This document shows, in pieces, positions 41,471 through 49,775 of a stretch of 64,000 nt of DNA. This DNA comes from Chitinophaga pinensis (GTDB lineage Bacteria > Bacteroidota > Bacteroidia > M30B66): positions 2,652 through 66,651 of the forward strand of contig CAMCXT010000011.1 of assembly GCA_945883545.1 (NCBI GenBank), written 5' to 3'. Positions within the stretch are counted from its first letter, which is position 1. Every line of letters begins with the position of its first letter. The notes below the pieces were generated by a model. The model saw only the letters and a list, made by a program, of their open reading frames with translations, was not told the DNA's origin and ran no database searches. The translations under genes were made by a program, and so were the position numbers.

Positions 41471-41932
41471 ATGGTAATCAGAAAAGCAGAGGTAAGGGAT
41501 ATTTCAGGAATGACCAATGTGTTTGCATCGGCGGTAGAAAACACGTCGGCATTCTACACAGTAAATCAAAGAGCCGCTTGGGTATCGCAAGCTCTTCGAC
41601 CAGCATTTTGGGATGAATTAATTCGAACACATTATACAATGGTCTGTTTTGAAATGAATGTGTTGGTCGGATTGATCGCATTTTCGTCACGCGGAGAAGT
41701 TTCGATGTTGTACATCTTACCGCAATATCAAAGAAAAGGCATTGCCTCTCGTTTGATTGCCATTATTTCTGAATATGCACATGAGGAAGGATATGCTCAC
41801 GTTAAAGTAGATGCTAGCCTCTATCTGCGTCCGCTACTTCTGAAACTTGGCTTTGAGCTGGTTGAAGAGTATACCAAGACAATAAAAGATGTAGAGTTTC
41901 CTAATGCTATATTGGTGAAAGAACTAATCTAG
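41471..41932 (+). CDS. GNAT family N-acetyltransferase
   Basis: 153 aa; acetyl-CoA binding motif A QRKGIASRLI. Confidence 0.65.
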   Translation: MVIRKAEVRDISGMTNVFASAVENTSAFYTVNQRAAWVSQALRPAFWDELIRTHYTMVCFEMNVLVGLIAFSSRGEVSMLYILPQYQRKGIASRLIAIISEYAHEEGYAHVKVDASLYLRPLLLKLGFELVEEYTKTIKDVEFPNAILVKELI

Positions 41933-41968
41933 CATTCAGCCCTTCTCACTTATAAATTCAGGAACAAA

Positions 41969-42634
41969 TTAGTTCTTGAGTTTATCTTGAAACACTTTTC
42001 TGAATTTATCCACTTTCGGCTTGATCACCATTCTGCAATAACCCTGTTCAGGATTTTGGCTGTAATAGTTCTGATGATAATCTTCGGCAACATAAAATTT
42101 ACCATCGAATGCAGTAATTTCTGTAACGATAGGCTTTTCGAAAGCTCCAGATACATCTAGCTTGGCTTTGTAGCCTTCGGCAATTCTCTTTTGTTCGTCG
42201 TTTATGTAATACACCGCAGATCTGTATTGACTTCCAACATCTGCACCTTGGCGATTCAAAGTAGTTGGATCATGCGTTTGCCAAAATACTTCAAGGATAT
42301 CGTCCATTGAAACCACTTTAGGATCATAGGTAATTCTTGCAACTTCAGCATGACCAGTCATTCCAGTACAAACTTCTTTGTAAGTTGGATTTAATGTTTG
42401 GCCTCCCGTGTAACCTGATTCTACCTTCAAAACACCATTCAATTCCTGAAAAACGGCTTCGATACACCAGAAGCATCCAGCGCCGAGAATGATTGTATCG
42501 TTTTGGTTATTCTGAGGCTCTTGGTCGACTGTCATATTTGAAGGAGTTGGATTTGTTTGACCACATGCTTGCAATAGTGCTGGAATCAGCAGGGTGAAGA
42601 GTGGAAGTAAAAGCGTTTTGAAACGGTTCATCAT
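41969..42634 (-). CDS. msrA: peptide-methionine (S)-S-oxide reductase MsrA, lipoprotein-type signal
   Basis: 221 aa; signal LLQAC; catalytic GAGCFWCIEAVF motif. Confidence 0.85.
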   Translation of the reverse strand: MMNRFKTLLLPLFTLLIPALLQACGQTNPTPSNMTVDQEPQNNQNDTIILGAGCFWCIEAVFQELNGVLKVESGYTGGQTLNPTYKEVCTGMTGHAEVARITYDPKVVSMDDILEVFWQTHDPTTLNRQGADVGSQYRSAVYYINDEQKRIAEGYKAKLDVSGAFEKPIVTEITAFDGKFYVAEDYHQNYYSQNPEQGYCRMVIKPKVDKFRKVFQDKLKN

Positions 42635-42697
42635 GGAGTAATTAGAACAGCCTAAACGCAGATTGGTTCAGATTCGTATTCAAGTATTAACAGCGAA

Positions 42698-43222
42698 TTA
42701 TTCAGGTTGCAAAGTAGCAGGTTCGTCGATCGGAATAGGAGGTACATCGATCGAACTTTCAAGGTAATTTCTTAGGCTATCGAGTCGAGATTCCATTTCT
42801 AAACGGCGTGTGTCGGAGAAGAATAAGCCGAATAATCTTCCTATCGGATAGCTGAGTGTTCCAGTCGATTTCCAATTGATTTTACAACCGGTTTCTCCAA
42901 CTTCGAAGGTCCAGTTTTCCTCAGAAACAACTTCGAAAGGTTTGAATTGGTAGAGTTTGCCACTAAATCCAGCATCTCCCATCCCAGGAACTGGAATAAA
43001 TGCCAGCGTAGTTTCTTCTGATTTAACGGAGTCGTTGATATTCCAGTTTGTCCACTCTTTCCAAGATTCTGGATCTGAAAATTCGGTTTTCGTTTCGGTA
43101 ATTGGCTGGTTTACATCAATTGAAGCTTGAATGTTGAAATCGGCTGGTATAAACCAAGCTACGACCAACACCATCGCTACAAAAGCAAGCAAAATAACCA
43201 GCGTTTTTCTGATGAATCTCAT
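42698..43222 (-). CDS. membrane-anchored hypothetical protein (SRPBCC-like fold suspected)
   Basis: 174 aa; single N-terminal TM, no recognisable motif. Confidence 0.5.
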   Translation of the reverse strand: MRFIRKTLVILLAFVAMVLVVAWFIPADFNIQASIDVNQPITETKTEFSDPESWKEWTNWNINDSVKSEETTLAFIPVPGMGDAGFSGKLYQFKPFEVVSEENWTFEVGETGCKINWKSTGTLSYPIGRLFGLFFSDTRRLEMESRLDSLRNYLESSIDVPPIPIDEPATLQPE

Positions 43223-43451
43223 TACAATCCTTTACCGAATTAGGGTAAAGATAATTTGTACATCTTACTTAAACAAGTGCTTCGGTTACTTGATAAGTGA
43301 AAGTCATTCTTATCTAATCAAACCAAACAATATGAGCATCAAAACCAATCCAACTTGTTGAATCAAATTCCTAAGCTTCAAAATCACTTCAAACTTTCGT
43401 TTATCCCCTGAAATTGGGTTAATGAGAACCAAAATGCGTCCTGAAATCTGC

Positions 43452-44258
43452 TTATTTGCTGAATTCATTCAAGATTACAGCGCGTAACTCTTCGTTAATA
43501 TGGCCATTTCCAGCCAGAAGTTCTTTGCCGAAAATAAAATCATCTCCTCCTGAATAATCGGTAACCAATCCACCGGCTTGTTTTACGATAAATGCCCCAC
43601 CTGCAACGTCCCAAGGGCTTAATCCGTATTCATAGAAAGCTTCAAATCGCCCACAAGCCACATAAGCCAAGTCGATGGCTGCCGAACCTAGCCTTCTAAC
43701 ACCGTGTGACTTTCGCAATAAACTGATAAATAATTGCATCCAAGCTTCAAGCCGGCCTTCATCTCTGTATGGGAACCCTGTAACCAGAAGAGAATCTTTC
43801 AATAAATTTCTGTTCGATACTTTGATTTCCTTCCCATTGAGCATCGCTTTTCCACCTTCAACCGCATAAAAGCATTCTTCATGACTCACTTCATACACAA
43901 CACCAAGCACAGTTTTCTTCTTGAACATCAAGGCGATACTGATGCTAAACAGTGGCAAGCCATGGATGAAATTGGTTGTACCATCAATGGGATCGATGAT
44001 CCAAAGAAAGTCTCGGTCTTCTTCAGCAACAGTTTTTTCTTCGGTCAGAAAGCCACAATCGGGAAGGAGTGCCTTCAATTCACTCACCAATAGGGTTTCA
44101 GCGGCTTTGTCGACATACGTTACAAAGTCGTTTACACCCTTCGATTCGATGCCATTTTGGGTAAGTCTAGATTGCTCCAAACGGATGAATTTCCCAACCT
44201 GCTTGCAAAGATTATTGACCTCTTCAACGAGGGAATTGAGGTTAGGAAAGTTTTCCAT
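43452..44258 (-). CDS. inositol monophosphatase family protein (SuhB/IMPase-like)
   Basis: ORF 43452..44309; homology begins near MENFPNLNSLVEEVNN; metal-binding motifs FLTEE, WIIDPIDGTTNF, C-terminal WDVAGG. Confidence 0.8.
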   Translation of the reverse strand: MENFPNLNSLVEEVNNLCKQVGKFIRLEQSRLTQNGIESKGVNDFVTYVDKAAETLLVSELKALLPDCGFLTEEKTVAEEDRDFLWIIDPIDGTTNFIHGLPLFSISIALMFKKKTVLGVVYEVSHEECFYAVEGGKAMLNGKEIKVSNRNLLKDSLLVTGFPYRDEGRLEAWMQLFISLLRKSHGVRRLGSAAIDLAYVACGRFEAFYEYGLSPWDVAGGAFIVKQAGGLVTDYSGGDDFIFGKELLAGNGHINEELRAVILNEFSK

Positions 44259-45408
44259 TTTGGAGTGCATGTTGATTTTTTCTGGTGTACCAAACGCCGA
44301 AAATACCAAGGATGATAAGCGCAGAAGAGATCAACTGAGCTTGCGTCACTTCCATTCCCATGATATGATAAAGTGAATTTACCCTGATGCTTTCAATGAG
44401 AAAACGTTCAGTGCCATTCATGATGAGGTAAATACTGAATAGCATTCCTGGGATATTGATTTTTTTTCTGATTCCCCAAAGGATAGAAAACAACGCAATA
44501 GCCATGAGAGTTTCATAAAATGAGGTTGGATAAACAGGCTCAGGAAGTTCGCTGCACCATCTTCCAACGCAACCAGGAATCGGAACACCTTCATTGTTTA
44601 CGTTGTGCGGGAATTTGAACGACCACATCCAATCTGGAAGTATCGACATCCAATTGGGTTTCGGTGCAGTATTTACAATTCCCCAATCTCCATCTCCCGA
44701 CACTTGGCATCCAACGCGACCGATTCCGTAGGAAATCATCAAAGCCGGAGCGGCAGCATCGCACAAGTAAAGTGGTTTGATTCCCTGTTTCTTTCCATAA
44801 CGAATGATCAGAAACGCAGCAACGATAAGGCCACCGTAAAATGTAAGTCCCGAGAATGAAAGCAGCGCTCCAATGGGATCTGCCATAAATTCTTGAGGAT
44901 TTTCGAGGTTGTGAAAGATTTTTGCGCCAACCAAGCCTCCAACAACACCATATAAAATGATGTTTCCTAGATGGTCGATTGCATTAATCTCTTCGGTCAC
45001 TATTTTTGGTTGAGGCAATAACGCAGCCTTTACTTCTCGGTACTTCCAATACACTAGGCCTATTGCTCCAGCAATCCCACCCAACCAAGATCCTTCGCTC
45101 GAAAGCAACATTTCTTGTGGATTATCTGCAAACAAACTGTAATTGCTTAGGAGATAAACGAACTTAAATCCTGCAATAAAACCTCCGATGGCATTTAGCA
45201 CATACTCGATAGGATTTGCGGGAGCTCCAACTGTACGTTGGCGTTTAGTGGGTTGAATGAGCCCTTCGGCCTGCTTTCTTTTCAATTCTTTCCCAAGAAA
45301 ATAAGCTGCAACGGCGAATGCCATAGCAACAAAAAATCCAAAGGTTTGAATGGGAAGTTTCAGGTCGATTCCCAATGTTTTTAAAAACTCACTAATGGTT
45401 GGGTACAT
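44242..45408 (-). CDS. lgt: probable prolipoprotein diacylglyceryl transferase (long Bacteroidota form)
   Basis: 388 aa; 7-8 TMs; GIGRVGCQVSGDGDWG resembles the Lgt G-R-x-G-N-F signature region loosely. Confidence 0.5.
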   Translation of the reverse strand: MYPTISEFLKTLGIDLKLPIQTFGFFVAMAFAVAAYFLGKELKRKQAEGLIQPTKRQRTVGAPANPIEYVLNAIGGFIAGFKFVYLLSNYSLFADNPQEMLLSSEGSWLGGIAGAIGLVYWKYREVKAALLPQPKIVTEEINAIDHLGNIILYGVVGGLVGAKIFHNLENPQEFMADPIGALLSFSGLTFYGGLIVAAFLIIRYGKKQGIKPLYLCDAAAPALMISYGIGRVGCQVSGDGDWGIVNTAPKPNWMSILPDWMWSFKFPHNVNNEGVPIPGCVGRWCSELPEPVYPTSFYETLMAIALFSILWGIRKKINIPGMLFSIYLIMNGTERFLIESIRVNSLYHIMGMEVTQAQLISSALIILGIFGVWYTRKNQHALQNGKLS

Positions 45409-45419
45409 AATGGTTTGAT

Positions 45420-46754
45420 TCAGGCCTTTGCCATCGTTTGATCAATCGAAAGTTCTAAGTGTTCCACAGAGCCAATTCCATCTTCTTGTATGGCAGTTAT
45501 TTCAGCAAATCTGATTTGGTTGATCAACTCAGGATTCCAAGCTGTTCTTACTTTGATATAGTTGCTGGTGAAGCCATACATTTCACCTTCTGTCTTTTCA
45601 CCTTCCCACAACACCGGATACTTTCGTCCAACATGCTTCAGATAAAACGAACGCTTTTTCTTTTCAGAAAGGATCCTTAACATCTGACTTCTTTCGGCTC
45701 TTGTTTTCTGATCCACAACTCCTGCCATCGAAACTGCATGTGTGTTGTCTCTTTCTGAATACGTGAAAACGTGCAAGTAGGAGATAGGTAGTTCGTTGAG
45801 GTATTGATAGGTCTCCAAAAAGTCTTCGATCGTTTCTCCCGGAAAGCCAACAATCACATCCACGCCAATGCAAGCATCTGGCATCGTTTGGAGGATGCTT
45901 TCTACACGCTGCGTATACAATTCACGCTGATAGCGGCGGCGCATCAAGCGAAGTATTTTATTACTTCCCGACTGAAGTGGGATATGAAAATGAGGAACGA
46001 ATTTTTTTGAGCTCGCACAGAATGAAATAATCTCGTCGCTCAATAAATTAGGTTCGATAGATGAGATTCGGAAACGACTTACACCATCTAATTCATCTAA
46101 GCCTTTTACTAAGTCGAAGAAAGATTCATCATTGTATCGACCAAAGTCGCCAGTGTTTACTCCTGTAAGAACGATTTCTGAAGGATGGCTTTCGGAAATG
46201 ATTTTTCGAGCTGCTTCGAGTGTTGATGCAACCGTTTCGCTTCTGCTTTTGCCGCGAGCCAGAGGAATCGTGCAGAAGGCACAAGAGTAATCGCAACCAT
46301 CTTGAACTTTAAAGAAGGTTCGGGTGCGATCGTCCTTTGAATATGATGGAACGAATTGATTCACATCATGGATCTCACACGCATGAATTTCTGTTTCAAC
46401 ATTTTTCTTGAACTCCGAGATATAGTTCGGCAGATTGAACTTTTCGGCAGCACCTAAAACCAAATCTACACCTGGAATATTCGCAATTTCTTGAGGCTTC
46501 AGTTGAGCATAACAGCCAATAATGGCAATAAATGCATCAGGATTTACTTTCAGTGCTTTGCTTACCAACGATTTACACTTCTTGTCGGCATTTTCAGTAA
46601 CAGAGCAAGTGTTGATCACGTAAACATCTGGCTGATCTTCAAATTCGACCTTCTCATAGCCATGATCTCGAAAAGATCTGGCAATGGTGGAAGTCTCTGA
46701 AAAGTTCAGTTTGCAACCGAGGGTGTAAAAAGAAACTCTGCCTGCGCGATTCAT
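45420..46754 (-). CDS. mtaB: tRNA (N6-threonylcarbamoyladenosine37) methylthiotransferase MtaB-like radical SAM enzyme
   Basis: ORF 45420..46775, start placed at MNRAGRVSFYTLGCKLNFSE; UPF0004 N-domain Cys triad, radical SAM CDYSCAFC, C-terminal TRAM. Confidence 0.85.
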   Translation of the reverse strand: MNRAGRVSFYTLGCKLNFSETSTIARSFRDHGYEKVEFEDQPDVYVINTCSVTENADKKCKSLVSKALKVNPDAFIAIIGCYAQLKPQEIANIPGVDLVLGAAEKFNLPNYISEFKKNVETEIHACEIHDVNQFVPSYSKDDRTRTFFKVQDGCDYSCAFCTIPLARGKSRSETVASTLEAARKIISESHPSEIVLTGVNTGDFGRYNDESFFDLVKGLDELDGVSRFRISSIEPNLLSDEIISFCASSKKFVPHFHIPLQSGSNKILRLMRRRYQRELYTQRVESILQTMPDACIGVDVIVGFPGETIEDFLETYQYLNELPISYLHVFTYSERDNTHAVSMAGVVDQKTRAERSQMLRILSEKKKRSFYLKHVGRKYPVLWEGEKTEGEMYGFTSNYIKVRTAWNPELINQIRFAEITAIQEDGIGSVEHLELSIDQTMAKA

Positions 46755-46889
46755 AAGGGCTGCAAAAGTAAGCAATATTTTGGCCCGTTTTACTGCATTA
46801 TGGAATCGAATTGCTTGCCATCGATAAATTTATGTTGTTGATAATTAGTTCGTTAATGTATTTGATGAGCAATTCTTTTCTATCACCTC

Positions 46890-46919
46890 TTGCGTGAAAA
46901 CTGAATTAGACTACATTTG
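46890..46919 (+). promoter_or_regulatory. putative Bacteroidota-type promoter for tRNA-Glu/rpsT (TTG-N19-TAcaTTTG)
   Basis: TTGcgtgaaaactgaattagacTAcaTTTG ending 19 nt before tRNA 5' end. Confidence 0.35.
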
Positions 46920-46937
46920 CAGTCCAAATTCAAAAAT

Positions 46938-47009
<72 letters not shown>

Positions 47010-47023
47010 CTAGAAAAAATAAA

Positions 47024-47278
47024 ATGGCAAATCATAAGTCAGCAATCAAGCGTATCCGCTCTAACGAAACTAAGCGTTTGAGTAACCGCTATTTTCATAA
47101 AACAACTAGAAATGCAATGAAGAAATTGCGTCTTACTTCTAACAAGTCGGATGCTTCTACATTGTTGGTTGAAGTGAGCTCAATGCTCGACAAACTCGCT
47201 AAACGTAATGTGATTCATAAGAACAAAGCGGGTAACCTAGTTGGTAAATTGACCCGTCACGTTAACGCACTTTCTTAA
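47024..47278 (+). CDS. rpsT: 30S ribosomal protein S20
   Basis: 84 aa; MANHKSAIKRIRSNETKRLSNRYFHKTTRNAMKK. Confidence 0.9.
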   Translation: MANHKSAIKRIRSNETKRLSNRYFHKTTRNAMKKLRLTSNKSDASTLLVEVSSMLDKLAKRNVIHKNKAGNLVGKLTRHVNALS

Positions 47279-47297
47279 TCTAATAAAGATTTAAGAG

Positions 47298-47338
47298 CAA
47301 CGCCCCTTCAGTAAGCTGATGGGGCGTTTTTTATTTTT
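47298..47338 (+). terminator. rho-independent terminator after rpsT
   Basis: aacgcccc(ttcagtaagctgat)ggggcgtt followed by ttttttattttt. Confidence 0.65.
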
Positions 47339-47387
47339 CGGGCCGCAAAGAAATCAGGAATATCAATTCTGATTCTAAGACTTGAAT

Positions 47388-49775
47388 TTATTTGAATTTA
47401 ACCGTCAGCTCAACTCGACGGTTTCTTTGTTTACCAGCATCTGTATCATTGCTTTCTAATGGTCGGGTTTCTCCGAACCATTCTGGTTTGATGCTTTTTT
47501 CTGTTACCCCACGATCAATCAGGTATTTCTGAATTGCCAATGCGCGATTCTTTGATAGCAGCATGTTCGACTCCGGCTTGCCCGAATTGTCGGTATGTCC
47601 CGAAATAATCAATTGCCAATTTGGTTTCTTCAATATTAATGTTGCGAGATTGTTGAGCGATTCAAACGACTCCGGTCGGATGATCGCTTTCCCAGATTCA
47701 AACTCGAGATTTTCGAAAGCAGTTTTCAGAATTTCGGTCTCTTCTTTTTTTAACTCCGGACATCCATTGTTTTCTATTGATCCCGGAACCGTTGGACATT
47801 TATCCAATACATCTGGAATCATGTCTTTGTCGGTATCGTCGTATGGACATCCTCTATTCACAACAGGGCCAGCAATTTCAGGGCAATCGTCTTGCTCGTC
47901 TTTCAAGCCATCCTTGTCTTTGTCCATTTCAGGGCAACCGTTTCTCTCCTTCGGACCTGCCAATTCAGGGCAATTGTCGGTTTGATCGGGCAGGCTATCT
48001 CCATCTGAATCTGGACATCCACCAAAAATCTTCAAACCTTTTCGGTCTGGGCATTCATCTTCTTTGTCTGGAATTGAATCTAAATCCCGATCAGGACAAC
48101 CTTTAAACATTTTTAATCCTAATGTAGTTGGGCATTCATCTTCCATATCTGGGATAGAATCTTCATCACGGTCGGGACAGCCTTTTAGGTATTTCAACCC
48201 AGCAATGTCGGGGCAAAGGTCTAGCTTGTCAATAACCAGATCTCCATCTTTATCTGGACATCCATTCAAAATAGCTAAACCAGGTTCCAGTGGGCAATCA
48301 TCCTGATTATCTGAAATGCCATCCTTATCTCGGTCTGGGCATCCATTCATCTCTATCGAACCTGCTTCATCCGGGCAACTGTCTTTTTTATTAGGAATTC
48401 CATCTCGGTCATTGTCGCAATAATCTGGGCGATCCTTTTCATAGTCGGAAACGAATGTAATTCCTGCTCTAAGGTGAAGGCTGCGCGTATTGTATTGACC
48501 GAAAATCCCCAAAATATTATCGGTTGCCAAGTGTATCTGTGTTAAGCCCAGGTTGAAGGTAAAGCCGGTGCCTAAATTTGATACAGTATTGTTCAGGTAA
48601 GACCAGTTTGCATTGAATTCTAAAATGCCATTGAAGCGCTTAGTGTATCCGATTGAGGCAGCGGGTTGAAATTTACCACGGAAAAATCTCCCCATTACGA
48701 GGAGTGATAGATCGTTGCTTTTGTTGTAGGTATATCTTGAAGTGAGATAAATTCTCGAAGGAAGTTTGGTCGAATAGCTTTCGTTTCGCTCTTTAATGCT
48801 GAAGATTTCAGAAAGCGAATCAAGTAAATTTTGAAAACTGTCTTGTAAACTATCAGTACTATTGATGAAAAACTGGTTGATCGGAACGCCTTTGAAAGTG
48901 AAGTCTTCGATCTGATTGTAGTAATTAACGGGTTTGTAATTCCATTGGATCCGCCCAATATCGAGGATGCTCAATCCGAAATTCAGTTGATCGTTGTATT
49001 GGTAAACAGCGCCCAAATCTGCAGCCCATCCGCGGTTACCGCGATCAAACAAATACGAAAAAGAACTTAACGAATCGGTGGTAAAACCATCTAGTCCTGA
49101 AGTGTTGATTAAGATATCTGAATTTCCGCTGAGGTCGAAAGTGATGTCATCCGTTCGGAAGTTGATATCGCTTTTGTCAACATCAATGTTCTCCATTCCA
49201 TAAAGCAACTTGGCCGAAATGCCTCCTCTGAGTTTACATCCGAAGTTTCTTGAAACTCCAATTGCATACTCCCGGTAATGTGTCAAATTCAGCCTCAGGT
49301 CGCCCAGATTTGTTGTTTCACCAATCGTAGGACCGTTTCCATAAACACCGAACTCAAAGAGCTCTTTTCTAAAACGACTACTGAATGCAAATTTTTCAGT
49401 GATGTTTGCCGATAAATAGTATTTGCCTTCAAGCCATCCGAAGTTGAGTAAATCTGTTTGTGCAAAAGCATTGATCGAAGGCTGATCGTTCATGTTACTT
49501 ATCAAGCCATCAAAGTCGAAGTAGATAGAATCGGTATTGGCCTTTTGGCGAATGAAATCCCGATAGGTAAAGCTGTTGTTGCCAAATGATGCTGAAGAGT
49601 TGGAAATCACAGGCAAGCCAATGTATAAATCCATTGCCGGCATTGTAGCAGGATTCAGACGCAAAGCATGCGGAGAGAAGGTTTGGTGAGCCAGCGTAAA
49701 ATCGTTCTGACAGGTTGCATCCGCTCCAATGAATGAGAAGCTTAACCACAAAAGGTTTCTTAAAAACTGTTGCAT
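47388..49775 (-). CDS. outer-membrane fusion protein: PorP/SprF-like N-terminal beta-barrel + thrombospondin type-3 repeats + OmpA C-terminal peptidoglycan-binding domain
   Basis: 795 aa. N-terminus HQTFSPHALRLNPATMP matches the PorP/SprF signature (FSQYMFN..NPAYAG). About 8 Dx(D/N)xDGxxDxxDxCP repeats. C-terminal ISGHTDNSGKPESNMLLSKNRALAIQKYL ... NRRVEL OmpA_C. Confidence 0.75.
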   Translation of the reverse strand: MQQFLRNLLWLSFSFIGADATCQNDFTLAHQTFSPHALRLNPATMPAMDLYIGLPVISNSSASFGNNSFTYRDFIRQKANTDSIYFDFDGLISNMNDQPSINAFAQTDLLNFGWLEGKYYLSANITEKFAFSSRFRKELFEFGVYGNGPTIGETTNLGDLRLNLTHYREYAIGVSRNFGCKLRGGISAKLLYGMENIDVDKSDINFRTDDITFDLSGNSDILINTSGLDGFTTDSLSSFSYLFDRGNRGWAADLGAVYQYNDQLNFGLSILDIGRIQWNYKPVNYYNQIEDFTFKGVPINQFFINSTDSLQDSFQNLLDSLSEIFSIKERNESYSTKLPSRIYLTSRYTYNKSNDLSLLVMGRFFRGKFQPAASIGYTKRFNGILEFNANWSYLNNTVSNLGTGFTFNLGLTQIHLATDNILGIFGQYNTRSLHLRAGITFVSDYEKDRPDYCDNDRDGIPNKKDSCPDEAGSIEMNGCPDRDKDGISDNQDDCPLEPGLAILNGCPDKDGDLVIDKLDLCPDIAGLKYLKGCPDRDEDSIPDMEDECPTTLGLKMFKGCPDRDLDSIPDKEDECPDRKGLKIFGGCPDSDGDSLPDQTDNCPELAGPKERNGCPEMDKDKDGLKDEQDDCPEIAGPVVNRGCPYDDTDKDMIPDVLDKCPTVPGSIENNGCPELKKEETEILKTAFENLEFESGKAIIRPESFESLNNLATLILKKPNWQLIISGHTDNSGKPESNMLLSKNRALAIQKYLIDRGVTEKSIKPEWFGETRPLESNDTDAGKQRNRRVELTVKFK
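47727..48420 (-). repeat. in-frame tandem array of about 8 x 81-bp units encoding thrombospondin type-3-like Ca-binding repeats
   Basis: Protein repeats GCPDRDxDxIPDxxDxCPxxxGxxxxx (27-29 aa). They generate the spurious frame-shifted plus-strand ORFs 47563..48306 in the ORF track. Confidence 0.7.

Noticed and set aside
43131-43361. 76-aa ORF in the 229-bp gap between the IMPase-like and membrane-anchored hypothetical genes
   Set aside because: No start context, no motif, hydrophobic low-complexity translation. More likely promoter/5'UTR of the 42698..43222 gene.
44242-44258. 17-nt overlap between IMPase-like gene start and lgt 3' end; 4-nt overlap recR/ubiA
   Set aside because: Ordinary same-strand operonic overlaps. 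The IMPase start is uncertain (alternative Mets upstream), so no significance is attached.
47563-48306. Three overlapping plus-strand ORFs (140, 109, 80 aa) that look repetitive
   Set aside because: They are frame-shifted antisense read-outs of the TSP3 tandem repeats inside the 47388..49775 gene, not genes. They are also not a CRISPR array: units are imperfect, in-frame coding, and there are no unique spacers.
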